Source: Octopus sinensis (lineage: Eukaryota). From it: 64,000 bases of DNA. A model generated the notes under the pieces. That model searched no databases. It saw nothing but the letters and a program-made list of their open reading frames with translations, and was not told the DNA's origin. A program made the position numbers and the translations under genes. The stretch is from NCBI RefSeq assembly GCF_006345805.1, contig NC_043015.1, positions 10,602,001-10,666,000 on the forward strand. The letters are read 5' to 3'. Shown here piece by piece: positions 13,351 through 26,886 of the stretch. Position 1 is the first letter of the stretch. Every line of letters begins with the position of its first letter.

Positions 13351-15603
13351 AACGTGCTTTACATACAGAAAATGTTATCTTTATAGGTAGTGATACAGAC
13401 CAGACCCATTTTATTTCACTCTTCTTTTTGTTGTAACAGTCGCTGGGTGTAAGGAGTAAATTCTGTGTCTCTTTTCTTGAGAAAGTTCAATTGTTAAAAT
13501 ATCAGGATAGGGTACTTGGTACTTAAGACATGATTTAAAAGTAATGAAAATAAAGGTATAAATCTTACATATATATATATTGATAGATAGATAGATTTAC
13601 GTAAACTCCAACACAGTTAGTAGATATTGTTTCTAAACACACATGTATTTATAGTATCTGTATTCAGACACACGCATATATATATATATATAACAGATAG
13701 ATATGCATATGAGCGTAAAGCTCTTTCCATCACACATGCATAAATGCATATTTATGTGGTGCATGTATGTATTATGCGCCTATACATGTTTATAGTGTTT
13801 GTGGATACAATAATATTTCTACTTTCACTTTTGAGTATGTATGTTTGATTCACTATGTTTAGTGAAAACTGAGAGGAGAAATCAAAGACAGACAGAGAGA
13901 TTACGTGGTGTGTATGAGTCTACTTTTGCGTGTAGCTTTCTGTGCGAAATACAGAGAGAGAGAGGAGAAAGAGAGAGACTGATAGAGTGAGAGGGAGAGA
14001 GAGACAGAGAGAGAAAATTATAAAACAACTGTCTTTTGTTTTGCTCATAAAATTATTACTGTTTCATTAGTTGGCAGCGCTGAACACTTTTCATTTCTAT
14101 ACAATTTGTAGCGTCAGTTAATCCTATTTTCTAAATCATTGTAATCGTGTTTGGAGATTAGTACGCTTTCCTGCCATTAAAAACCACTCCTGATTTCAAG
14201 AATAATCAAGTAACAAATGGTTATATACATGAAGGAATTGTTCATGAAGTGGGCAGCATTTCCTCTTATAGTGATAGTGGTTGTTATATTTCCCCCCTTA
14301 CGAATGGTCTCGGTGCTGTTGACTAGTTTACTACATGTATGTGTTGTATACGTCGGTCGTAGTAGCAGAAACGAGGTGAAGGCTACAATTGGGAGCGTTT
14401 TAAGTGGTGAAGTTATTGTACTTTTAGCAATAAATTAGAACTACCATCGCCATCAGCGTGAACAGTCACAAAATTAGAACTAACAGAGTTGTTTACACAA
14501 CGGGAAATAACGGTAGATCATGCCAAAAGCACCTACGGCATCCATTAGTGTCAGTAAATCTGTCCTAAATACACTCACATTTTCTCATAGACCAGTTACG
14601 GCCACAATTCATTTTCGAGCAATTCTCAGTAAATATATAAAAGCTAACTTTTCAGGTCATATGCCAGAATATTTTGAAGGATCAAAGGAGGAAATGCCAA
14701 GACTAACGAACAAAAAGAAAAATATTGATAATGTTACAACTATCAACGAAAGAAAACTAGCACAAAGCACAGAAAAGGGGATTGGCAATACACTACTGCA
14801 GAATCTATCATTTTCTCATCTTTTTCGGTACATCCATCTTAGTAAAGTGCCAATACCGCCAAACAAACGTGCCTGCATTTGAATCTAGTCCCATTAAACA
14901 TCAACTAAATGGATCGAAAGTAATGTTTTCGTAATTGAATTTTATCGGCTTGACGGACTTGATTTCGCTACATCTAATACTTAAGAAAACAACGTTAGTA
15001 AATTATAGAAAACAACATTATGAAATGTTTCAAATCGAATGACCAGAACTGACATAGAATGTGTAGGTCTACAAGTTTAGAAGGAACAAGAGTAGAATAT
15101 CACATTTTAATGACAAATTATGGCAAAATTGAAGAGACGTATTACTTGTACTTTACGTTCCATACAAAACGAGTTCCAAATAGACAAAGAATGAATTCTA
15201 TACATTCTATATATTAGGTTTGCGATTCGTTGAAGATTTCTTTAAGACTCCTCATTATTATTTCAATGTTTAGAGAAATAGGAAAAATTGTCACGTTTGT
15301 AGCAACAACATAGATTTACATATATCATGGCTTGATCATATGCGTTTATCTTACGAGATGCCGAAGATATTAAATAAAATGTTAAACCTGAGTAAGCATG
15401 CAAATTAGTAACTCCATTTCTGTGAAACAACTTGATTTCATATGTATATAAACAGGAATGCTACATGCTGCTCTGAGACTGGTGAAGTGATGCTGAAAGT
15501 AGAAACTTCTGATATGACTCAAATAAGAGAAACATGATTAAAGAGAAACATTTACATATATATGAATGTGTGTGTATATATATATATAAGTATACACACA
15601 CAT

Positions 15604-15653
<50 letters not shown>

Positions 15654-15800
15654 TATATATATATTATGTGAAATAGAAAGATGAATAATCTTGTAGTAGA
15701 TTAATCAAAAGTTTAACCGATACCTTCGAAACACGTGTAGAATGAAATAAAACGATTTCTGTTCAATCTGCGTTCAGCTCCATTTCTTCAATTCACCAAT

Positions 15801-15858
<58 letters not shown>

Positions 15859-16447
15859 CGCTGCTTCTATTTCCTATTTGAATTAATTCTTACATATGCA
15901 TTGTCCGAGCATAGCAGCACATAGTTAGGATATTATAAGCATAATAAGTTGTTGGACAGGTGGGACTGTTCACCTCCGGGTACTTCATGTTCATAAGCCA
16001 CAAAATGGCGAAATTTCGATGTCTCGTTTCTCCATATATCTCAAATGTTTTATCACCCGGCGCTTTAACAAAGGATTTTCCACCACCCTGAATCGCTGCC
16101 TACCACCAAGTGCGCTGGCATGTGTCTATGCGTTCTGTATATATTGTCGATAATGTTTACATATCCACATGTGTAGAGCGTGAGAGAGAGAGAAGGAAAA
16201 CTGTAATAATAGCCGTTCAACAGCAGAAGTTGGATGTAAACATGATATGAATGTCGACGATGAATAGTATTTAACTCGTTTTTTCCTGGTTCTCAGAAAT
16301 TTTATTGCTCGCAGAGTTAAACTTACGACGGGGTAATGGATTCGTGGTAGGTTCAAACCATACACAGTTGTTGTGTGATTTAGTTTCTAACTCTTAGAAA
16401 ATAATTGTTTAGTGTTGTTCAGTTTATGGGTATTTCATAGCATGTGT

Positions 16448-16478
<31 letters not shown>

Positions 16479-16701
16479 AGTGTGTGTGTGTATAGATGCT
16501 TGATTCATCTGTCAGTTAAATATATTTTGAAATATGATGATTACTACGAACGTATGAAAGCGCTAATTGAACTATTCATTACCAAATATGTTTTAATGCT
16601 TAACACACTTCGACATTGCAAAAACCAACATTTTTCTTTTAAATACTTTGATAAAAAAACGCGAAAACCAGACCTTGATTTAACTTATACACAAATTCGG
16701 A

Positions 16702-16740
<39 letters not shown>

Positions 16741-17340
16741 TGTATATATATATGTAACTGTGCGTCTTGACGTGGAAATATGTGAATGCATGTGCGTATA
16801 TATGCAACACGTGTCTCCTTCTATCGGAGATGGAAATAGGGTTTTAATTATACATACCTATGTCAGCTAAGGTTTTTAAGTTTTTCCTCGATAGTGATGG
16901 TTAATAGTATTTATGAGCGTGTTTGAATGATATTATACGATAGATACCGCATATTAAGGCTGCCTATAATGCCGATATAATAAATAGTAGAATAGATAGA
17001 AGTGTGCTAGTATTTTTTGTCGTATAGATAACAAAACAAAGCCGCAATGAGATGATGTATTATGTAACAACGTGTCACCTTGCATAGCATCTTATTGTGC
17101 AAAACAACGACGACAGCTCCCTGAAGAACACTGTGCACACATCATTCATAGTAATCAATAGATTACTGTAGTAATCAATAGATTACAGAACGCGCGCAGA
17201 ACTATCATATATACACACGCATACACATACACACAAATAATATATAGAGACATGTGTATTTATAAGTATTTACACGCATCTCTCCCCCATCTCTCTCTCT
17301 CTCTCTCACTCTTTCTGTACATCTTTATTTATATACGCGT

Positions 17341-17629
17341 GTTCAGTACAACTACGCGGCACATTGGTCTAGTGTCTTCTACTGTAGCCTCAAGCCTATC
17401 AAAGCCTTGTGAGTCGATTTCGTTGGCGGAAACTGAAAGAAGGCCGTCGTGTATATATATATATATATATATACATGTGTGTGTGTGTGTGTGTGTATAC
17501 ATTCGCTAGCCACTAAGCATACTTATTTTCTCTCCCTGCTTGTAAAGTAAAAGGGTTTCTCATTCCCGACAGTTAAACTAATACATTTTGCTGTTTACAC
17601 ACATCTTCATCTGTTTGTTTTGTAAATTC

Positions 17630-17677
<48 letters not shown>

Positions 17678-17907
17678 ATATATTATATATATATATACAT
17701 ATATATGTTTTTTATTGTGTGTCTGCTTTGTCGCCCCACACGTCGCTTGACAACCGATGTTCATGTGTTTACGTTAGTGTAACTTAGCGGTCGGTTAACG
17801 AGTTAATAGGATAGGTATTAGGCTTACAAAGAGTAAGTCCGGGGGTCGACGTATTCGACTAATGTGGTTCACCAGCATTGTGGCAATCACAATCAAACAA
17901 TTGAAAC
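17341..17907 (+). mobile_element. tRNA-derived SINE family A, 5'-truncated and interrupted
   Basis: gtgtcttctactgtagcc...aaagccttgtgagtcgatttcgttggcggaaactgaaagaag, then microsatellite, then cgcttgacaaccgatg...ggcttacaaagagtaagtcc. Homologous to 42035-42405 and 50075-50515. Confidence 0.75.
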
Positions 17908-19977
17908 GCCGTTGAGCGCTCTTTTCGTTTTCAGCAGCCGCAAGCAACACGTATTTGTTCGTCTCCCCGTGGCCATTAGGCACACCTTCACAAGCCAGCC
18001 CCATACTTAACTCGTCCTGTCGAAAGACCCTTGTCCCACGTCCTGTTTTGTTTTGTTGTTTATTATTTTTTATTTTTATTTTTACCGTTATTGTTTTTAC
18101 GTTTTTGTATTCTTATTGGTGTCACGTATTCTGTATTTTTGTTTATGTACTTCGTTCGTTTTCCGTCCTCGCGTTGTATACATTCGAAGCTTTCTTCCAG
18201 GGGATCTAATGCGCTTGGCTTAGATTTCCCTTGGCTGGCTGGCCATATCGGAGCAATCTCAAGATTAATCAGCCGAAATTGCTAAGATGATCTGGTTCTT
18301 GACTGATGACTGAGGGCTTCGAATGTCCCGTCCTGTGGTTCTTGTGTCGTCTCTGTGGTGTTTCATGTTCTTGTCCATGTCTGTAATTATTTTTACTGTT
18401 TACCTATATAATCGGCGGCTACGTATCCACAATTGACCTTATACGATAAGTATATTTTTTCTCTAGCATTGATACGACTCTTAATCTGTCTCTTTTTCTC
18501 TCTCTCCCTCCTCCCTTATTCCCCTTCCTTTCTTTCCCTCTCCATCCGTCTCCCCCCCCCTTCTACGTTTCTCTATCTCTCTCACCTCCAGCCCCCTCGA
18601 TCTGTCTCTTTCTTCTCCTCCCTCGTCCACCTTCTCTCTCTTTTCATCTGTCCCTTTCTCCTGTCTTCTGTTCTCACGTGACAGCTAGCCGCCGTTGAGC
18701 GCTCTTTTCGTTTTCAGCAGCCGCAGAAGCAACACGTATTTGTTCGTCTCCCCGTGGCCATTAGGCACAACTTCACAAGCCAGCCCCATACTTAACTCGT
18801 CCTGTCGAAAGACCCTGTCCCACGTCCTGGTTTTGTTTTGTTGTTTATTATTTTTTATTTTTTTTTTACCGTTATTGTTTTTACGTTTTTGTATTCTTAT
18901 TGGTGTCACGTATTCTGTATTTTTGTTTATGTACTTCGTTCGTTTTCCGTCCTCGCGTTGTATACATTCGAAGCTTTCTTCCAGGGGATCTAATGCGCTT
19001 GGCTTAGATTTCCCTTGGCTGGCTGGCCATATCGGAGCAATCTCAAGATTAATCAGCCGAAATTGCTAAGATGATCTGGTTCTTGACTGATGACTGAGGG
19101 CTTCGAATGTCCCGTCCTGTGGTTCTTGTGTCGTCTCTGTGGTGTTTCATGTTCTTGTCCATGTCTGTAATTATTTTTACTGTTTACCTATATAATCGGC
19201 GGCTACGTATCCACAATTGACCTTATACGATAAGTATATTTTTTCTCTAGCATTGATACGACTCTTAATCTGTCTCTTTTTCTCTCTCTCTCTCCTCCCT
19301 TATTCCCCTTCCTTTCTTTCCCTCCATCCGTCTCCCCCCCCTTCTACGTTTCTCTATCTCTCTCACCTCCAGCCCCCTCGATCTGTCTCTTTCTTCTCCT
19401 CCCTCATCCACCTTCTCTCTCTTTTCATCTGTCCCTTTCTCCTGTCTTCTGTTCTCACGTGACAGCTAGCCGCCGTTGAGCGCTCTTTTCGTTTTCAGCA
19501 GCCGCAGAAGCAACACGTATTTGTTCGTCTCCCCGTGGCCATTAGGCACAACTTCACAAGCCAGCCCCATACTTAACTCGTCCTGTCGAAAGACCCTTGT
19601 CCCACGTCCTGGTTTTGTTTTGTTGTTTATTATTTTTTATTTTTATTTTTACCGTTATTGTTTTTACGTATTTGTATTCTTATTGGTGTCACGTATTCTG
19701 TATTTTTGTTTATGTACTTCGTTCGTTTTCCGTCCTCGCGTTGTATACATTCGAAGCTTTCTTCCAGGGGATCTAATGCGCTTGGCTTAGATTTCCCTTG
19801 GCTGGCTGGCCATATCGGAGCAATCTCAAGATTAATCAGCCGAAATTGCCAAGATGATCTGGTTCTTGACTGATGACTGAGGGCTTCGAATGTCCCGTCC
19901 TGTGGTTCTTGTGTCGTCTCTGTGGTGTTTCATGTTCTTGTCCATGTCTGTAATTATTTTTACTGTTTACCTATATA
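17908..19977. repeat. Near-identical tandem array, period ~781-783 bp, ~2.65 copies (X-Y-X-Y-X)
   Basis: gccgttgagcgctcttttcg starts at 17908, 18691 and 19472. X is ~503 bp (ends tttacctatata) and Y is ~280 bp and pyrimidine-rich. There are a few substitutions and indels between copies. Confidence 0.95.
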
Positions 19978-20339
19978 TATATATATATATATATATGGAT
20001 ATTAATGAATAAGGGTAGAAATTGATATTCATCAATTAAAGCCAGTGGGTTAGCATATTTTTTAAAATCCGAGGATTACAAATTTTTATTCGTACGTTAT
20101 GTGTTTTTTTTTGCGCATGCATAAGTCCCTGTGTGTGTCTATGTTTAATAAGTGTGTGTATGTATGGAATGTACCAGTCACATTCCCACACACATACATA
20201 CTTACTAAACATAGGCACACACAGGGATATACTCATGGGCAAATAAAGACACATACAATACGAATACAAAAAAATGGCTGATCATTAGTAAGGAAATACG
20301 CACAAAAAATAAAGAAGAAATCAAAGGACTACTTATCGT

Positions 20340-21640
20340 AAGATACTTTAATATAGGGCCTTGTACAGCTCTAGTTACATTTGATTCTTTAGACGACATA
20401 CACCTACTGCATGTTGATCTCTTAAATATTTTGGCAAGGTATTAAATAGCCCTGAGCTCTTGAATCCAAAACTGTTGCATTACATAGTCCTAACTCTAGA
20501 GAGGATTGCTACTAGCTCACTCTAGCTCAGCCGTTCCATTGAGAAGAAGTGTCATCCATAGAATCAGCATCGTTTCCAGGTCCTGTGTTATGAAATTTTT
20601 CGAAATTCTTCCTGCGATGTTGGTAATATGCACGTGAAACGCAGCGTTTTTACACATAATTCCCAGATCATACATTGTGCTTGAATCTGAAATTGCCGCT
20701 CCATTTCAAACACAAAATCTTTCTTGCGTTATGTCAGCACAAGATAGCTGATAACAGACGGCTTGAAACATTTCCTACACTAAATTACATGTTTTTGGAT
20801 TCAGCCCGTATCTACGTCTTTCGGTAGATTACCATCGAAATGTTCCTTCACTGCCTGCATTACTTTTTGGTTTTTGGCATACCTAGTAAGAATGATTCTG
20901 TATTTCATTACTGGCATGTCTCAAAGAGCCAACACAAACAGCAGTGGCCCCATGACAGCCACCTGAGACACTCCACACATTACTGCTGTCTTTGAGAAGG
21001 CTCCATTATTTACCATAGTTTGGCTATTGTCATTTAACCAGCCTCGGAATTTTCCGGCTATGCGTAGTATCCGTAGCTTGTGACATATCATCCCGTAATC
21101 AGCTTCATCAAACGCCTTTGTGAAATTGATATATATCATATCCATGTTTGAGTGATTCCTGAGTTTGTTTCGACACACAGTCATAATGCTGCAAAACGCA
21201 GCTTCTTTATAAGCGAAACACATGTTGGGCGCCAATGTGTAGGTCAGTATCTTCTCGGAACTTAATCATCTTTCGGCAGATAATACGTGCTACGACCTGG
21301 CAGAAATGTAAGTTTAGAGAGATAAGTCTATAATTTTTAGCATCTGCTCTACTAACACTTTCCTGGACAGAACATATTATGCCGTCTTTTAGCAGCCTGG
21401 AAAATCTCCCAATGCTTTGGAAGAGAATCTGTAGTGATCCTACTACATCCTCTTTGGGAATCCATCAGTCTAAGTTCATTTAATCAATAGCTGAGTCTGA
21501 GCTCATTTAATCAATAGCTGTACTCAATAATTTCCATCACTTTGTGTAGATGTGAGATTCCGAAGATCTCACTAGGCATAACAGCTTCCAATTGTCTCAA
21601 CACAATTCCGAAAACAATTTTGTATCGCACATTGAGTCTT
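20340..21640 (-). mobile_element. CR1/L2-group non-LTR retrotransposon, 3' RT remnant
   Basis: ORF 20921-21235 has MIYINFTKAFDEADYGMICHKL (DFxKAFD motif) and GVSQVAVMGPLLF (GVPQGSVLGPLLF motif). The C-terminal NSFGFKSSGLFNTLPKYLRD lies near 20420-20480. Confidence 0.85.
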
Positions 21641-21707
21641 TGGGCGTCAATCTGAGGACAGTGCAATCTGAGGACGGTGCAATCTGAGGACATATACTGA
21701 GAGTGAT

Positions 21708-22276
21708 AAAAAAATCAAATATCCAGTCAACATCATGGTGTTTGGAGTGACCACTATGCCTCTATTCATCTTCTCACATGGCTTCAGACTGAACATGGAG
21801 GCCTACCTCAAGTGCCTGGAAGAGGTAGTGCTACGGTAAGAGGCTAGCTGTTGGAAGTCTCTATGTCTAGAAACAGGACTGCACCAAACCACACAAACAG
21901 AGGAACGCAGCCATGGCTGTCACATAATTTCTGCGACTGCATCACCACTAAAATTTGGCCAGTTAACTCCCTGGACTCCAACCCCATTTATTATAATATG
22001 TGGGGCGCATTTGATTGACAGGCCATCAAAACTCCATTTAACATCAAAGATGAACTGACGGCAAGTATTATAGCAGCGTTCACCAACTTAAACAACGGGA
22101 ACATCCAGAAGATCAACACGAGATTACAAAGTCGTCTGGATGCCGTGGTTGAATAGCTTTACTCTTTGGTATTTCAAGATATTTTTATGTAATTTCAGTG
22201 AATATATCTGTTAAAAGGAGATGTCTGTTTTATTTTCAGCTTTGCGTAATTTAGACGACAGTTTATTCACCACACC

Positions 22277-22279
<3 letters not shown>
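21708..22279 (+). mobile_element. Tc1/mariner-superfamily (maT/DD37D-like) transposase 3' half plus terminal repeat
   Basis: KYPVNIMVFGV...MPLFIFSHGFRLNMEAYLKCLEEVV...KQDCTKPHT...IWPVNSLDSNPIYYNMWG (decayed WPPNSPDxNPxDY..W)...RLQSRLDAVVE. It ends caccctg next to an (AT)n tract. Confidence 0.85.
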
Positions 22280-22342
<63 letters not shown>

Positions 22343-22365
22343 TTATGTGTGTCTATATACATACC

Positions 22366-22431
<66 letters not shown>

Positions 22432-22560
22432 TAGATATATACGTATATATATATATACATATATACATATATACGTATATACATATACACAAAGATACAT
22501 ACACACACATATATAGTTATATATATATATATATGGCAATATTTGTGTATATGTGTAAAT
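22280..22560. repeat. (AT)n-dominated compound microsatellite
   Basis: Direct inspection. It explains the YIYI-type ORFs. Confidence 0.95.
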
Positions 22561-23106
22561 GTATAAACACACATAGACCGGTATACAATCGAATTGACAC
22601 GGTCAAACAAATAAAGAGTTAAGTATGTGTTCCTAGATTTATGGCTTGTCTTTCTAATATCAGTCACATCGACCTTAGATTAATTAGCAAATCAGCTGCC
22701 TCATTCAGTATTATCCTCTAAGAAATAAAAAAAAATGTAAAAATATATACATAAATCATATGCGGTTCACTGGTTACACCGTACTTAATGTCCGCATTGT
22801 TTCCAACTTCAGGATACTTACAGACTGATATCAGTACAGGCAGATATAAAGGGACGTACACTTCTCACGTATACTTATATACTCACAGACAGATATATTT
22901 CTTTTTCTCTCTCTCCGTCTGTACACACACAAGCATACTCACGCACCCACGTATACACATACACACACGCATGCACACATAGTCAATACTTATTTAGTTA
23001 CAAATTAAAATGTACCTTCATACATCCTTATACATTTATTGATAGCAAAATGCTTAAGGAATAGTTGTAATTACAAAAACATGATTTTAGTATTTGAACA
23101 ATAGAA

Positions 23107-23690
23107 GGCGGCGAGCTGGCAGAAACGTTAGCACGCCGGGCGAAATGCGTAGCCGTATTTCGTCTGCCGTTACGTTCTGAGTTCAAATTCCGCCGAGGCC
23201 GACTTTGCCTTTCATCCTTTCGGGGTCCATTAAATAAGTACCGGTTACGCACTGGGGTCGATATAATCGACTTAATCCGTTTGTCTCTCCTTCTTTGTCC
23301 TCCTATTGTTTAGCCCCTTGTGGGTAGTAAAGAAATAGGTATTTCGCCTGCCGTTACGTTATGAGTTCAAATTCCCCACGAGGTCGACTTTGCCTTTCAT
23401 CCTTTTGGGGTCGATAAATTGTGTACCAGTTACGCACAGGGGTCGATATAATCGACTTAATCCGTTTGTCTGTCCTTGTCTGGCCTCTCTTTGTTTACCC
23501 CTTGTGGGTAGTAGAGAAATAGGTATTTCGTTTGTTTTTACATTCTGAGTTCAAATCCCGCTCGAGATCGACTTTGCCTTTCATCCTTTGGGGATCGATA
23601 AATCCAGTATCTGTTGCGTATTGGACTCGATCTAATCGACTAGTCTCTCACCCAAATTTTTCAGCCTTGTGCTTAAAGTAGAAAAGAATA
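23107..23690 (+). mobile_element. tRNA-derived SINE family B, head-to-tail trimer (~185-bp internal period)
   Basis: Head ggcggcgagctggcagaaacgttagc and B box gagttcaaattcc. ggtatttcg...gagttcaaat...gactttgcctttcatcc...aatcgact recurs from ~23155, 23338 and 23522. Confidence 0.9.
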
Positions 23691-24211
23691 TTTAAGCAAC
23701 AGAGAAAAATATTAAATTATAAAATAGAAGAAATAAACAGTCACATCAGAAATTTTAGCATCAGTAATTTCCTAAGAAGCCAAGAATACAATAATTTGTA
23801 TGGTTTCTATTATTTATTCGTTAATTTTGTAGTGAAGCAATGAATTCGAGAATACTATTTCTATTGCCAACTTGCAGCAACGTAGGTTTGCATTCATTTA
23901 TGTGTAGAGTTTTAGAATGCACCATGCAAGAACTACTCATTGTTTAAATAGTTGGTGTCACCTATGCGTGCAAATAAATGAATTATACTGCATGACTCTA
24001 GGATATTTAAACGAGTACACTTATAGATATGTAGAATTGTAGATATTAGATATTGAGCTTAACTACATTAGCTTACTGTGCTATTAACAAGTCAAGTCCA
24101 TTACAATAAACGAGCAACATGAGCAGTGGTACAGTTACAAATCAGAAGCATATTATTAGTGGTGGGTATATATACATACACACACACACACGCACGCACA
24201 CACACACACAT

Positions 24212-24271
<60 letters not shown>

Positions 24272-25131
24272 CAGAGTTAGTTTGGGAATTTAAAGCATGT
24301 GAGTCTTAAACGTGTGATACTATTTAAATTTTGTAACACATTGAATAAAATACCAATCCAGTTCCGACCTTTTTTTTTCTGTCCTTTTCAATGGTAAATA
24401 AATAAAAAAAATTAGAAGAAATTCAAGCTACATGGAAACACTCTTGTAAGATAATCTTGCTTAAAAGATCAAATGTTCGTACAAATTCCAATATTCAATA
24501 AGTCTCACAAAGATTGACATTACTACAAGTTCAAATGATCGATAAATTTCATAACAGTCATACATGATTGAAAGTTATGTAAGATTGAGTTTATTAACAA
24601 TTAGATTGCGATGAAAGTTTTAAGAGAGTAAAATAAAAAGAAAAGAGGTCTTTCTTTAATGTCTTTCGTATTGCATGAAGGAGGATTCTACGTTAATGGT
24701 TTTGCTGGAGAAAGCGTCAACTCTTTTAAGCTCAGATTACGTTATATATATAGGATCTTAATCTAGAAGTTGAAGATCTGATTGGCTGTAAATTTAATGA
24801 CGACACTTGTTTTTGTTCGCCTGGGATGAACTACATTGGCTAGTGCATATGCCACATGATTTTCGGATGTTCTAGTCATAAATTGTGATTTGGCAGAAGG
24901 CCAGCGTCCAAGCTGGTTGATTGTCTGGTAACAACATTTTTTTCGACCGTCTTAGCCAATTATTTTTTAAGAGTAGAAATCTAGTGCTCTGGTTGTTTGA
25001 TATTCTGTACGCGTCATTTATTGTTTTTTTTATCTTTTTCAAGGAGATTGTGAACACAAAATTTATTCACGAAAGTAAACTCTCTTTAATTCTTTTCTAC
25101 GTGAAAACACGTGTTTTTCTACATCCATATA

Positions 25132-26388
25132 TAATGTGTCATCTCGTAAAATAATGCGGTTTTTTATACTGCTTTTATTTTACAAAAGTAAGATAAAAAG
25201 GTTTATTCTTTAATGAAAAAAAATATACTCTCCTTTATTTTCAACAATGTTCTTCCTTCTATCTGGTTGGCTTTCAAGGCCCTTCTTCCAAAATCCACTT
25301 GTTGGTGACGAAAACTACTCTTCCAGTGCTCTTCTGACCTCGTCTAGAGAATTCATATTTTTTCCGTCCAAATGATTTTGAAGAATACTTAATAAATGAT
25401 AATCAGATGGGGCAATGTGAAGCGAATATAGTAGGTGGGGCATCGTTTCCCATTCAAACTGCTCCAGCTTTTGGAAAATAATAATTTATGTATGTGGCCG
25501 AGCATTATCCTGATGAAAGAACACCTTTGTCTTGAAACGAAAGACTGCCGTTTTTCTGCGAGAGCTGACTTAAGCCACTCAAGCTGCACGCCGTAGATCT
25601 CCTTCGTTATCGTTTCGTTTGGGTTTAAACCTTTCATATCCCACCAAATAGATAACAACACCTACGTGGGCGAAGACCTTTATTAGCTTAAGGCACCGGT
25701 GTTAATCCATTCCCTACCCAATCTCTTCGGCGCTTGACATTTTTATAGAGAACCAGTCACCAGTCACTATTCAGTCCAAAAACAGTATATTCGTGAGACG
25801 TGACAGCAAAGTACATCACACTTTCACTTTCCGCTCGCGATTAGACTCAATTTGTTTGTGCGGAGCCCAGTGACACATTGACTCAAATTGCTGAGTTTTC
25901 CCATGTCACGAATGTGAACAAATCCAAGCTTCTCTGCTAGTTCCTAAACAGTTACGATACGATTTTGTTCCACCAGGTTTTGCAGGGCGTCCTCGTCCCG
26001 ACTTACCGATCTTCTAGGACGAGGCTTGTCAACTAGACTATAGTTTTCGGCCCGAAATTTCTGGAACCACCGTTAACACTGACTACGCTTATTGTCCGAT
26101 CCACGTATACAGCATCACTTTCCACCGCACTTTCCGTTGCGTTGTTGCTTTGATTGAACCGATAAAGCAAAATATACCGAATATGTTCCTTTCTTCCTTG
26201 CACTATGGCTTTGAAAATAACCGATAAAATCGAACTACACTCTTCAAAGCTTGCACTATGAATAAGTACAAGGAAAAATTACAACCTGTTTTTAGAGCAA
26301 GTTGATGCAGATAGTTTATCCCATCTCTCTGCGACTTTTAGTTCAAGTAATTGAAAATACTGCATAGTATATATGGGATGAGCCGATA
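25132..26388 (-). mobile_element. Near full-length decayed mariner (D34D-type) element
   Basis: N-terminal HTH RKEHIRYILLYRFNQ...RWFQKFRAENYSL. Catalytic region LLSIWWDMKG...NETIT plus a decayed PHPPYSPDLAPSDY. Degenerate TIRs tgtgtcatctcgtaaaataatgcggtttt and aaaatactgcatagtatatatgggatgagccga with TA flanks; ~1.26 kb. Confidence 0.9.
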
Positions 26389-26619
26389 TATATGCTCCAT
26401 GGCTTTAGAAGGAAAACACAGAATAAAGGACATTTTTTCACATTGAGTATACATAAATGTTATTCGCAGATGCAACTGTATTTTAAAATATGTCTGGTGA
26501 ATCCCAAACAAAATGTTAGTGTTTGAGGAAGATTCAAAATAATTCCAATACAGTAGGATATGAAGTTTGGCTTCTCTTCCTTTGCCGCAGGTTAGAATTT
26601 TTGCTAAATGTATATGTAT

Positions 26620-26886
<267 letters not shown>

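Noticed and set aside
18280-18330. Canonical hammerhead in the 782-bp unit (GAAA ... CTGATGA)
   Set aside because: The bases flanking the two core words do not form stems II/III in type I, II or III topology by manual folding.
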